Positions 8,887-18,242 of a stretch of DNA of 36,111 bases are shown here, in pieces. The stretch spans positions 1 to 36,111 of IMG/VR virus record IMGVR_UViG_3300032295_004003; one strand, 5' to 3'. The position numbers and the translations under genes are program-made. The notes under the pieces were generated by a model. That model was not told the DNA's origin. It did not search any database and saw only the letters and a program-made list of their open reading frames with translations. Position 1 is the stretch's first letter. Every line of letters begins with the position of its first letter. Source of the DNA: a virus. Taxonomy: Duplodnaviria; Caudoviricetes.

Positions 8887-9165
8887 ATGGATTTTTTTAA
8901 GTTAGTAGCTGAAGTAGGATTTCCAATAGCCGCAGCCTGTGCTGGTGGCTATTTTGTGTTTCTAACTATGAAATTTATTCTTGCAGGTGTTATGAGTTCT
9001 GTTAAAGGCTTAAGTAGTATTATTACAGCTCTTGATAACAGAGTTAAAACAATGAATCACGACATAGTTCGTATTGATACTTTAATGTCTACTGCTTTAG
9101 GTATTAGACCAGATTTAGATAGAATAGCTAGAGCAGATGGTAAAAATGACGCAAGAAGAGATTAA
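8887..9165 (+). CDS. small membrane protein (TM plus coiled coil; YvrJ/holin-like), paralog 1
   Basis: 'VGFPIAAACAGGYFVF' then 'ALDNRVKTMNHDIVRID'; similar to 9714-10001. Confidence 0.75.
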   Translation: MDFFKLVAEVGFPIAAACAGGYFVFLTMKFILAGVMSSVKGLSSIITALDNRVKTMNHDIVRIDTLMSTALGIRPDLDRIARADGKNDARRD

Positions 9166-9168
9166 AAC

Positions 9169-9723
9169 ATGAGTCTTGGATTTACCCTTTTAAATCAAAT
9201 TAGAAAAAACGCAGAGAAAAATAATAACTCTGGCGTTTCTAAAATTAAAAGTAAAACAGCATTAATAATTAGTATATTTGCTGCTATATTCTCATTTAAT
9301 GCTTTTATACAAGCACAATTAAATAATTCTGTATTAACTACTACAATAAAAATAAATGACACTTGGGCCTTTTATCAGGCAAAAAGTATAAAACAAACTC
9401 AATACGAATTAGCAGCTGATGATGTAAAAGACAAAGATCAAAATAGATATTTACGATATAGGGCTACCGTAGAAAGATACGAGAATGAGCCAGTAGAAGG
9501 AAAAAAAGACTTATTAAAACAAGCTAGATTTTTAGAAAGTGAAAGAGATTTAGCTAAAAAAAGATTACCCTGGACAGGTATAGGCGGTAGTACTATGCAA
9601 ATAGCTATAGTTCTTTTAACCGCTAGTATTTTAAGCTCAGGTATTTTAATATTTTATACTGGTATATTTACTGCTTTTATTAGTATTATTTTAATGAGTC
9701 AAGGATTATTTTTATGGATATAG
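9169..9723 (+). CDS. DUF4337-like membrane protein
   Basis: 'NDTWAFYQAKSIKQ' signature; one N-terminal and two C-terminal TM segments with 'QIAIVL..ASIL'. Confidence 0.7.
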   Translation: MSLGFTLLNQIRKNAEKNNNSGVSKIKSKTALIISIFAAIFSFNAFIQAQLNNSVLTTTIKINDTWAFYQAKSIKQTQYELAADDVKDKDQNRYLRYRATVERYENEPVEGKKDLLKQARFLESERDLAKKRLPWTGIGGSTMQIAIVLLTASILSSGILIFYTGIFTAFISIILMSQGLFLWI

Positions 9724-10001
9724 CTGAATTAATTAATAAATATGGGTTTCCTATAGTTGCTGCTGGTGGTATGGGATACTTAATATTTTATATATGGAAA
9801 TGGGCAACTCAAGAAATTAAACCTGTTTTGTCAGAGGCAAATACTGTTTTAATAGCCCTTATAGATAGAATTAGAATGTTAGACAATGACTTAATAAGAC
9901 TTAATCAAAAATTAAACGTAGTTTTAATGTTAAAAGGTGATAGACCTAAAGAGAGTGCCAATGAAAAAACTATTATTGGTAATACCGATAGTACTCAGTA
10001 G
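9714..10001 (+). CDS. small membrane protein (TM plus coiled coil), paralog 2
   Basis: 'YGFPIVAAGGMGYLIF' then 'ALIDRIRMLDNDLIRLN'. Confidence 0.75.
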   Translation: MDIAELINKYGFPIVAAGGMGYLIFYIWKWATQEIKPVLSEANTVLIALIDRIRMLDNDLIRLNQKLNVVLMLKGDRPKESANEKTIIGNTDSTQ

Positions 10002-10398
10002 TGCTCAAGCATCTGAGATTCAATTTAAATTTAAAAGTCCTTCTTTTTCGGGAGAAGGATACTCTGCGCACGTTTTAACTATAGAAAACTTAGAACACAC
10101 TCGTCGTCAAAAACTAGCTGAAGATAAAAAAGCGGCTGCTATAAAAGAAGCTCAAGACGCTAAAAATACTAATTTAGCTAAGTTTTTAAATAATCTAGAA
10201 AGTAGGATATACGCTACACTATCTCAGAAAATAGCAGAAGAATTATTTAAAGATAATGGTCAAACTTCGGGTAGTTTTGATATTGCAGGTAATCATATAC
10301 AATGGTCTAACAATGGATCCACTATTACTTTAAGAATAACAGACCCTGCAGGGTCTATTACTGAAATAGAGGTTCCTTATGGGAGTTTAGCATGGTAA
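9961..10398 (+). CDS. csgF: curli assembly protein CsgF-like
   Basis: Signal peptide then 'SEIQFKFKSPSFSG'; 'FLNNLESRIYATLS'; C-terminal 'ITDPAGSITEIEVP'. Adjacent to CsgG. Confidence 0.85.
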   Translation: MKKLLLVIPIVLSSAQASEIQFKFKSPSFSGEGYSAHVLTIENLEHTRRQKLAEDKKAAAIKEAQDAKNTNLAKFLNNLESRIYATLSQKIAEELFKDNGQTSGSFDIAGNHIQWSNNGSTITLRITDPAGSITEIEVPYGSLAW

Positions 10399-11192
10399 CA
10401 GTATTACTTGTAGCTACTTTAAGTTTATTTTTAGCTTCTTGTACTGCAGATTCCGTTAAAGAAAGATCTCAGTCTGGAATGGATGTTCCTGAGATTATTA
10501 CTAAAAAAAGACTTAACGACTTAGTTAGTATACCCCCTGTTGACGGACCTAAAATTCCTATTGCTGTGTATCGTTTTCCTGATATGACTGGTCAGCGTAA
10601 ACCAGCTACTAATTTTGCTAGTTTAAGTTCTGCTGTTACACAAGGAGCTGAGGTATTTTTAATTAAAGCACTTCAAGACGCAGGAAGAGGTTCTTGGTTT
10701 CAAGTTGTAGAAAGAAGCTCTTTAGAAAATTTAGTAAAAGAAAGACAACTAATAAGGTCACAAAGAGAATTATATGAAAGAGATCAGGCTAAGCCTTTAA
10801 CACCTTTAATAGTAGCTGGTGTTATGATAGATGGCGGAGTAATAGGATATGATTCTAATATAGGAACTGGCGGTATAGGAGCAAGATTTTTAGGCATTGG
10901 TGCAAATCAAGAATATAGAAAAGACGAAGTTACTGTAGTTTTACGTTTAATATCTGTTAATACAGGAGAGGTTTTATTATCTACAGGAGCTTCAAAAACA
11001 GTTTTAAGTACTGGTGCAAGTGCTAACGTTTTTAAGTTTATAGATGTTGGAACTAAATCTGTAGAATTTGAAGCAGGAACTTCTATAAACGAACCAACTA
11101 CTTATGCTGTTAGAATAGCAATCGAAGCTGCTGTAGCAGATATGATTAGAGAAGGTAGTAAGAAAAAACTTTGGATTATGGGGAAGAAATAA
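10392..11192 (+). CDS. csgG: CsgG/HfaB-family outer-membrane lipoprotein secretion channel
   Basis: Lipobox LFLASC; 'AVYRFPDMTGQRKP', 'SSAVTQGA', 'WFQVVER..LENLVKERQLIR', 'GGVIGYDSN', 'NEP...AVRIAIE.AV'. Confidence 0.93.
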   Translation: MVTVLLVATLSLFLASCTADSVKERSQSGMDVPEIITKKRLNDLVSIPPVDGPKIPIAVYRFPDMTGQRKPATNFASLSSAVTQGAEVFLIKALQDAGRGSWFQVVERSSLENLVKERQLIRSQRELYERDQAKPLTPLIVAGVMIDGGVIGYDSNIGTGGIGARFLGIGANQEYRKDEVTVVLRLISVNTGEVLLSTGASKTVLSTGASANVFKFIDVGTKSVEFEAGTSINEPTTYAVRIAIEAAVADMIREGSKKKLWIMGKK

Positions 11193-11195
11193 ACC

Positions 11196-11873
11196 ATGAA
11201 GAAAGGACATATTTTAAGTTTAATAGCTTTTATTTATGCAACAAGTGCTTATGCACAACAAAACTCTATATATGTTGATCAGGTAGGTTCTGGTTCAACA
11301 ATTAGTCTGACACAAACAGGTGTTGGTAATATAATAGGAAATTCCACTACTAAAGCAGTTTTTAATGGTAACAATAATTCTGTAACAGTAGATCAAATTG
11401 GAAACTCAAATATATTAGCAATAAACGTACAAGGAACTGGTACTACTATAACTTCTAGCACTACCGGAGACGGTAATGATGTAAGTATCTCTTGTGGTGT
11501 TGGAGGTGACTGTACTAACTCACTAATTACTAATACTATAGTTGGGGATGGTAATACGGTTGTTCAAAATACTGAAGGTCTAACTATATCAACAGTATCT
11601 ATAAACTCAGATAATAATACAGTAACCATAAATAATACTTCTACTGCTGTATCAGGTACTAAATCAAATGTAGATATTAGCGGAGGTGGAGGTAACCAAG
11701 TAGCTATCACACAAGCTGGAGCAGCTGGGTTAAACGGTCATGACGCTTCAATAGTAATAATAGGTGCTACAAATGATGTTGATATAAGACAAGGTGGTAA
11801 TAATGACTCTAAGGTTATCTCAACAATTACAGGTTCTGGTAATACTCTTATTGTTAAATCCAACCATCAGTAA
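11196..11873 (+). CDS. secreted curlin-repeat (CsgA/CsgB-like) protein
   Basis: Signal peptide; repeated x-Q-x-G-x-x-N units (IYVDQVGSGS, ISLTQTGVGN, VTVDQIGNSN, VDIRQGGNND); N/G/T/S-rich. Confidence 0.8.
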   Translation: MKKGHILSLIAFIYATSAYAQQNSIYVDQVGSGSTISLTQTGVGNIIGNSTTKAVFNGNNNSVTVDQIGNSNILAINVQGTGTTITSSTTGDGNDVSISCGVGGDCTNSLITNTIVGDGNTVVQNTEGLTISTVSINSDNNTVTINNTSTAVSGTKSNVDISGGGGNQVAITQAGAAGLNGHDASIVIIGATNDVDIRQGGNNDSKVISTITGSGNTLIVKSNHQ

Positions 11874-12903
11874 TGCTGATGTTGGAAAATTTACAGAGTT
11901 AACAGGGTTAACAGAGATAAAAAGACAATCTGATGTCATCGCCGGATCTTTACAGTCTTCTGTAGAGATGAGAGATGTTATTACTACAGCAAACTCTAAA
12001 GCGGGTATTACTTTTAAAGACGATACTAAGGTACAAATAACAGAGCATTCTAAGTTAGTTATAGATAATTTTGTCTATGATGATAATAAAAAGACAGGCA
12101 AACTTGGAATGAAAATGGCGTTAGGAACTATTAAATATGCGTCTGGTCAAATTGCTAAAAGCGATCCACAACAAGTTATGGTTGAGACCCCAACAGCGAC
12201 TATTGGAGTACGTGGAACAGACTTTTCAGGGACAGTCGACGAAACTGGCCGTAGTACTATTATCTTATTACCTTCTTGTCCAGCTGGTTGGGGTAATATC
12301 GAACGTGATTGTGTTGTTGGTGCCATAACTGTTACTACAGACATGGGTACTATACTACTAACAAAACCATTTGAGTCTGTAACAGTTAATACTACAATAG
12401 ATAGACCTAAATCTGCTATATTAAATTTATCTATTGATCAGATTAATAATTTAATTATTGTGTCGCCTCCTAATACTGTAAGAGCAGAGGCTACTTATAC
12501 TAGAAAAAGTAATTTTTTAGATGAAGACTTTTTATCTAAAGATTTTTTAAAATATGATGAATTAGATAAAAATAAACTTGATGAATATAAAAAGTTAGAT
12601 CAAAAATTTTTAGATACCGACTTTCTATATAATTTTTTAGACGTAATGTCTAGTCAATTGCTAACTAATGAGTTGGCTGAGTTTAACGCTATGCTTCCAA
12701 AGTATGACGCTAGAAGTGGTTTAAAATACTACGTCGAAAACGAAATGCTAACTTTGTATAGAGAAACTGTTAATGCTTATGCAAGTGTCACGGTTCCTAT
12801 GTATGATAGTATGACTCTTCGTTTAACTCAAGAAGGACTAGAAATAAAACAAGTTGTAAATTATACAGGCACTACTACTATTACTATAAAGCAAGGTAAT
12901 TAA
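11803..12903 (+). CDS. periplasmic FecR-domain protein with long linker and curlin-like C-terminus
   Basis: Signal peptide; FecR motifs 'ITFKDDTKVQITEHSKLVID' and 'VETPTATIGVRGTDF'; ends 'TTTITIKQGN'. Confidence 0.85.
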   Translation: MTLRLSQQLQVLVILLLLNPTISNADVGKFTELTGLTEIKRQSDVIAGSLQSSVEMRDVITTANSKAGITFKDDTKVQITEHSKLVIDNFVYDDNKKTGKLGMKMALGTIKYASGQIAKSDPQQVMVETPTATIGVRGTDFSGTVDETGRSTIILLPSCPAGWGNIERDCVVGAITVTTDMGTILLTKPFESVTVNTTIDRPKSAILNLSIDQINNLIIVSPPNTVRAEATYTRKSNFLDEDFLSKDFLKYDELDKNKLDEYKKLDQKFLDTDFLYNFLDVMSSQLLTNELAEFNAMLPKYDARSGLKYYVENEMLTLYRETVNAYASVTVPMYDSMTLRLTQEGLEIKQVVNYTGTTTITIKQGN

Positions 12904-12904
12904 A

Positions 12905-13180
12905 ATGAAAATATTAATATCTTTAATATCATTTACATTATTTTATAATTATGCCCTAGCACAACAAACTAATAATGCTACGGTAAATATAATAGGAAAT
13001 ACTCAAAATGTTATTATCACTCAGTCTGGGAATAATCATAATACTAACCTTAACTTTGTTGGCGATGGAATTTCAGCAATCATCAACCAGTCAGGAACTA
13101 TTCCTAAGACTTTTAATCTTAATGTCACTTGTTACAGCAATTGTCCAAGCAATCCTTATGTGGTCAACCAATACGAATGA
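12905..13180 (+). CDS. small secreted curlin-like protein
   Basis: Signal peptide; 'VIITQSGNNHN', 'AIINQSG', Cys pair CYSNC. ATGA overlap with the cyclase. Confidence 0.7.
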   Translation: MKILISLISFTLFYNYALAQQTNNATVNIIGNTQNVIITQSGNNHNTNLNFVGDGISAIINQSGTIPKTFNLNVTCYSNCPSNPYVVNQYE

Positions 13181-15240
13181 ACAAACTAGAGCAAATACTA
13201 ACAAGTACTTTAATAACTGTTATCTCAGCGATAATCCTCGTGGGGTTATATGCGTCGAACGTTAGTTATTTAGAAGTATTAAAATTAAAAACATTTGATT
13301 ATTTTATAACTTCTTTAGAGACAAAAAAATCAGATGAGATTGTACTTGTTGAATTCGGTGAAAAAACAGTTAAAGAATTTGGTCAATGGCCTTTTGACCG
13401 AAAAGATATTGCAGTTACTATTGACAAAATTCGTGAAGCCGGCGCAGCAATCATTGTCGTCCCTATACTTTTTAGCGAAAAAGACCGTGCCGGTAATGAT
13501 AAAGCTTTGGAAACTTCTATTGAGTCCGGTGGTGTTATTATATCACAAACACCAACAACTCAGTCAAGAGAAGCAACTGCTGTTCGCAGAGGGTTTGCTG
13601 CTATTGGTAATGCTCCTGATCCATGGTTATATACTTGGAGAGGGGCTATCTCTCCTTTACCATCTCTGGCAGGAAAGTCCGAAGGTGTCGGGCTTCTCGC
13701 TGTGGCACCTGAGCTTGACGGTGTTGTTCGTAGGTTGCCTATGCTGGCTCGCATTGGGAATACATTGTATCCTTCACTTGTTTTGGAAACCTTACGAGTT
13801 GTGGCTGGAGACCCATCTTACCAAATCAAAACCTCAGAAGCAGGTGTTGAATTTGTCCGTATCCCAGCCTTCCCGCCGATTAACACCGACGAAAAAGCCA
13901 GAGTCTGGGTATCCTGGAACTCGGAATTTGAAAAAGTCGAAGCCACAGAAATTACCGAAGAGAAAATAAACGGAAAAATAGTAGTTTTAGGTCTTACTAT
14001 TGAAGGTGTAGGAGGTATAATAGCTACCCCAATAGGAGAAAAATGGTCTCACGAAATTCAAGCTAAGACTCTACAAACTTTAATAGATGGAAATTCTATT
14101 ACTAGATTATCTTATGCTAATGTAGTAGAGTATATTGTTTTGTCTATTTTATTAGCAATCTTAATAATTCTAGTTCCTAGAACGTCTGTTAAACTAACTG
14201 TTCCTTTATATTTTACATTTATATTCGTTATTTATTATGTGTGCGATTATTTATTTAAAGAGTATTATCAATTATGGAATTTTAGTTATTTAATACTGGC
14301 TAGTTCTATACTTTTTGCTCACTTATTATTTAATAATTTTGCTCGTGAATTTAGATTAAAACAACAAATTAAAAAGCAATTTGGAACATATCTATCACCT
14401 GCTCTTGTTGAAAAACTTCAGAAGAACCCTGAGCTATTACGACTAGGGGGAGAAACTCGTGAACTTTCAATTATGTTTACTGATGTGCGCGGCTTCACTT
14501 CTATTAGTGAGCATTATGGATCTGACGTTCAAGGTCTTACTAAGATAATGAATCGTTATATGACAGCAATGACTCAAAAGATACTTGATAATAATGGAAC
14601 TCTAGATAAGTATATAGGCGACGCACAAATGGCTTTTTGGAATGCACCTCTTGATGAGCCAAATCACGCAAAACAAGCTGTTAAAACTGCGCTTGAAATG
14701 CTTGGAGATTTAGATGCTTTTAACAAAGAAATTGCTGTCGAAGGCGTACCGCCATTTGGTATGGGTCTTGGTATTAATACTGGGTCTGTCGTTGTTGGAA
14801 ACATGGGATCTAGTCAAAGGTTTGATTATACTTGTTTGGGAGATTCTGTTAATCTTGCTTCGCGTTTAGAAGGGCAATCTAAACCCTACTGTGTTAAACT
14901 GATTATAGGCGAAAAAACTTATGAACATATAAAAGAATATTATTCTTGTGTAGAACTTGATTGTATCGCTGTTAAAGGCAAAACAAAAGGTATTAATATA
15001 TATACCATAGTAAATGGTACTGGGATAGATAAAGAATATTTAACTGTACATAAAAAATTTATTAAAGCGTATCGTAATCAAGATTGGGATAGCGCACTTA
15101 TTCTTATAAATAGTTTAAAAAACGCTTTTAATAAAGATTTAAATGATTATTACGAAATGATGAGACTAAGAATAGAAGAACTAAAACATTATAATCTACC
15201 TTCAGACTGGGACGGTGTTTATCATGCCACTTCTAAATAA
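13177..15240 (+). CDS. CHASE2-domain class III adenylate cyclase
   Basis: CHASE2 motifs ('FGQWPFDR', 'DGVVRRLP') and 3 TM segments. Catalytic motifs 'FTDVRGFT', 'DKYIGDA', 'DYTCLGDSVNLASRLE' include the ATP-specifying K and D. Likely ATG at 13177. Confidence 0.93.
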   Translation: MNKLEQILTSTLITVISAIILVGLYASNVSYLEVLKLKTFDYFITSLETKKSDEIVLVEFGEKTVKEFGQWPFDRKDIAVTIDKIREAGAAIIVVPILFSEKDRAGNDKALETSIESGGVIISQTPTTQSREATAVRRGFAAIGNAPDPWLYTWRGAISPLPSLAGKSEGVGLLAVAPELDGVVRRLPMLARIGNTLYPSLVLETLRVVAGDPSYQIKTSEAGVEFVRIPAFPPINTDEKARVWVSWNSEFEKVEATEITEEKINGKIVVLGLTIEGVGGIIATPIGEKWSHEIQAKTLQTLIDGNSITRLSYANVVEYIVLSILLAILIILVPRTSVKLTVPLYFTFIFVIYYVCDYLFKEYYQLWNFSYLILASSILFAHLLFNNFAREFRLKQQIKKQFGTYLSPALVEKLQKNPELLRLGGETRELSIMFTDVRGFTSISEHYGSDVQGLTKIMNRYMTAMTQKILDNNGTLDKYIGDAQMAFWNAPLDEPNHAKQAVKTALEMLGDLDAFNKEIAVEGVPPFGMGLGINTGSVVVGNMGSSQRFDYTCLGDSVNLASRLEGQSKPYCVKLIIGEKTYEHIKEYYSCVELDCIAVKGKTKGINIYTIVNGTGIDKEYLTVHKKFIKAYRNQDWDSALILINSLKNAFNKDLNDYYEMMRLRIEELKHYNLPSDWDGVYHATSK

Positions 15241-15365
15241 AGTTTTATATACTTTATCTAGTATATTTTTTCTATTTTTAGGATTATTACTTTGGTATAA
15301 ATATGGACACATTATTTATATTGAATTGCTACTTAGCTCAATAATGTGTTAGTAGGAGACTTACT

Positions 15366-16667
15366 GTGAAATATGATCATAATAAAAATGAATTACTATC
15401 GCCAACTGCCGAACTACCTGTAGTAGTATCTGCAACTGATATAGGGTTATATTCTAAATACGGAAATACAAATTTATCTAAAGATGCTTTTGGAAGAAAC
15501 AGGGTTTCAGCTCCTTTTACACTATTTGATTCTAATTTTAGATATGGAGATGTTCCTATTAAATGGAATTCTGGAAATACTGGAAGCTCTTCTATTACGC
15601 ATTTAGCTAATGCTTCTACCATGGCATTAACTGTTGGAACAGCATCAGGAAGTTCTGCAACTAGAGAAACTACTAGAGTTATGCACTATCAACCAGGTAA
15701 AAGTTTATTAACTATGAATAGCTTTTGTATGGCTCCTGCACAAAATAACTTAAGACAGAGAATAGGTTATTTTAACACAAAAAATGGTATTTTTTTAGAA
15801 CTATATAACTCTACTCTTTACATCGTAAAAAGATCTTATGTTACAGGAGTTGCTGTAGATACAAGAATACCTCAAAGTGATTGGAATATAAATCGACTTG
15901 ATGGAAGTGATAAAAATTTAAGTTCTATTACCTTAGATATAACTAAAACACAAATATTTTGGTCTGATATAGAATGGTTAGGTGTGGGTTCTGTACGTTG
16001 TGGTTTTATAATTAATGGACAGTATATAGTATGCCATGCTTTTCATCATGCTAATGTAGAATCAGATGTTTATATGACGACAGGATCTTTACCTATTAGA
16101 TGTGAGATAGAAGCTACTAATACTCTTACTTCTAATGCTACTTTTAAACAAATCTGTAGTACTGTTATTTCTGAAGGTGGTTATGAATTAGCAGGTACCC
16201 CAAGAACAATAGGACTACAAGTAAGTAATCCTAAAATTTTACCTTTAAAAGATACTTTATATCCAGCAGTATCTTTGAGGTTAAAAGCAGGTAATTTAGA
16301 CAGTATTGCTCTTCCAAAACAACTTTCTTTAGTAGGAACTACTGCAAGTGATTTTAGGTATGTTTTTATTTCTAATGCAGATATTATAGGAGCTAATTGG
16401 CAGCCTGTAGGAAATAATTCAATAGTTGAGTATAATGCTAACGCTAATGCTACTATGTCGACAGCTAATGCTACTAATTTAATACAAGGGTACTTTGTAT
16501 CTACAGGCAGTACTAGTCCTACTATAGAATTAGACTCTCAACTATTTAAATATCAATTGTTATCTAATAGTATATCTAATACAGCCACTACTATGACAGT
16601 AGCTATTGAGTCAATAGCTAATAACGATAAAGTATTAGCTGCTTTAGATTGGGAAGAGTTATCTTAA
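15366..16667 (+). CDS. beta-rich hypothetical protein, probably virion-associated
   Basis: GTG start after AGGAG; S/T/N-rich; 'DAFGRNRVSAPFTLFDS' and 'IEWLGVGSVRCGF'. Virion role is inferred. Confidence 0.7.
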   Translation: MKYDHNKNELLSPTAELPVVVSATDIGLYSKYGNTNLSKDAFGRNRVSAPFTLFDSNFRYGDVPIKWNSGNTGSSSITHLANASTMALTVGTASGSSATRETTRVMHYQPGKSLLTMNSFCMAPAQNNLRQRIGYFNTKNGIFLELYNSTLYIVKRSYVTGVAVDTRIPQSDWNINRLDGSDKNLSSITLDITKTQIFWSDIEWLGVGSVRCGFIINGQYIVCHAFHHANVESDVYMTTGSLPIRCEIEATNTLTSNATFKQICSTVISEGGYELAGTPRTIGLQVSNPKILPLKDTLYPAVSLRLKAGNLDSIALPKQLSLVGTTASDFRYVFISNADIIGANWQPVGNNSIVEYNANANATMSTANATNLIQGYFVSTGSTSPTIELDSQLFKYQLLSNSISNTATTMTVAIESIANNDKVLAALDWEELS

Positions 16668-16683
16668 TAAAAGGAGTATAAAA

Positions 16684-16971
16684 ATGGAAGAAGATAAAAA
16701 ACCAGAAGATTGGATGAATAGCAAATGGCGTCCAATGATGGGTTGGATGTATATGTTAGTGTGTACTATGGACATGATTATTTTTCCTATTTTATGGAGT
16801 TTATTACAAGCTATAGATAAGGGTGTTGTTAGCCAACAGTGGAATCCTTTAACTCTTCAAGGAGCAGGGTTATTTCACTTAGCTATGGGTGCAGTCTTAG
16901 GTATTGCAGCTTGGAGTCGTGGACAAGAAAAAATAGAAAATATAAAAGTTAAAAAAGATAAGGAAGACTAA
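16684..16971 (+). CDS. holin-like membrane protein (GTA 3TM holin-like)
   Basis: 'WRPMMGWMY', TM segments and '...VLGIAAWSRGQEK'. Confidence 0.6.
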   Translation: MEEDKKPEDWMNSKWRPMMGWMYMLVCTMDMIIFPILWSLLQAIDKGVVSQQWNPLTLQGAGLFHLAMGAVLGIAAWSRGQEKIENIKVKKDKED

Positions 16972-16976
16972 TAAAT

Positions 16977-17252
16977 ATGTTTGAAAACCCTTGGTTCTGG
17001 GCTTTTAGCAGCATAGCCAGTGCTTTGTTAGGAGCCGCTACTTTAGCATATGTTAAAGATACAAAAATTGGAATCAAGGGTTATCAACTTTTTGATTTTT
17101 TAATAGATAAGTTAAGAGATAAATATCATATACATGCTTTAGATCAACCAGTCGATGCTTGGCGTAATCAACAACCTGAACTAGCAGCCAAAATAGACCA
17201 ATTAGAAAATAGAGTAAATAAGTTAGAGGAGTTAGAAAAATTAAAAAATTAA
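16977..17252 (+). CDS. membrane-anchored hypothetical protein
   Basis: N-terminal TM helix, C-terminal coiled coil. Confidence 0.7.
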   Translation: MFENPWFWAFSSIASALLGAATLAYVKDTKIGIKGYQLFDFLIDKLRDKYHIHALDQPVDAWRNQQPELAAKIDQLENRVNKLEELEKLKN

Positions 17253-17267
17253 GGTAGGAATTTAAAA

Positions 17268-18023
17268 ATGGAATATTCTTTGGATTGTGCTAGATTATCT
17301 GCTATAGTTTACAAAAACGAATCAGATATTTATTCTGAAATTACTTCTCTTTACGGAGTAGATAGTTTTCAATTTTTTGATAAAAAGTCTACTCAAGCTA
17401 TGGCTTTTGTAACAGGTGAAATTTTATTTATAGCTTTTAGAGGTACTGAGCCTACTAAATTTTCTGATATAGCAGCAGATTTAAATTTTTTTCAGTTAAA
17501 AGATTCTAAATATAAAACTGGAAAAGTTCATGCAGGTTTTAAAAAAGCTTTAGATTTAGTGTGGGCAGATATAGAATCTTATCTATCTAAAAATTTATCT
17601 AATAAAAAAGTAATAGTCACAGGACATTCTTTAGGTGCGGCGTTAGCTACTCTTTGTGCTAATAGACTATCTAAAGATTATAACGCTGATATTATTTTAT
17701 ATACTTTTGGTTCCCCAAGAGTCGGAGATAAAAAGTGGGCAAGTAACTTCACAGTCAATGCTTTTAGATTTGTTAATAATAATGATATTGTTCCGGCAGT
17801 GCCCGGAGATATTATGTTTGATCATGTCGGTAAGTTAATTTACATTAACTTTTATGGTTTCATTAGAGATATGACCACATGGCAAAGAATAAAAGATAGA
17901 TGGAGAGGTTTTTGGAGAGCTATAGTTAAACTAGAAGGCGTAGACTTTTTTATAGACCATTCAATGAAAAATTATTTAACAAAGGTTGAAAAGAATATTG
18001 GCATATTACGTAGTGATAGATAG
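17268..18023 (+). CDS. class 3 lipase
   Basis: 'IAFRGTE', 'VHAGF', GHSLG nucleophile motif, 'YTFGSPRVG', 'NDIVP', C-terminal DH. Confidence 0.92.
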   Translation: MEYSLDCARLSAIVYKNESDIYSEITSLYGVDSFQFFDKKSTQAMAFVTGEILFIAFRGTEPTKFSDIAADLNFFQLKDSKYKTGKVHAGFKKALDLVWADIESYLSKNLSNKKVIVTGHSLGAALATLCANRLSKDYNADIILYTFGSPRVGDKKWASNFTVNAFRFVNNNDIVPAVPGDIMFDHVGKLIYINFYGFIRDMTTWQRIKDRWRGFWRAIVKLEGVDFFIDHSMKNYLTKVEKNIGILRSDR

Positions 18024-18189
18024 ATGTCCTTCTTGTACTAATTTACAAAAAAGATGGGTAATACCTTCATATAAACAGGAGAATGTATTAGTTTGTGTAG
18101 AGTGTAACAGTGAATTTTTAGATAGTTCTAGTATATATCAAATAGTAACTGATAATGTATCAGTTAAAAGTAAAACTATTTCTTTCTAA
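18013..18189 (+). CDS. small zinc-ribbon protein
   Basis: CPSC...CVEC; probable GTG start at 18013. Confidence 0.5.
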   Translation: MIDRCPSCTNLQKRWVIPSYKQENVLVCVECNSEFLDSSSIYQIVTDNVSVKSKTISF

Positions 18190-18197
18190 TAAATAGC

Positions 18198-18230
18198 AAT
18201 CCCTGCCTCATTAGAGGTGGGGATTTTTTT
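18198..18230 (+). terminator. intrinsic terminator
   Basis: AATCCCTGCCTC-ATTA-GAGGTGGGGATT plus T-tract. Confidence 0.75.
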
Positions 18231-18242
18231 AAGGAGAATTAC

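Noticed and set aside
13334-13969. 211-aa alternative-frame ORF within the cyclase gene
   Set aside because: Fully nested, with no SD or recognisable motif; explained by locally higher GC and fewer stop codons.
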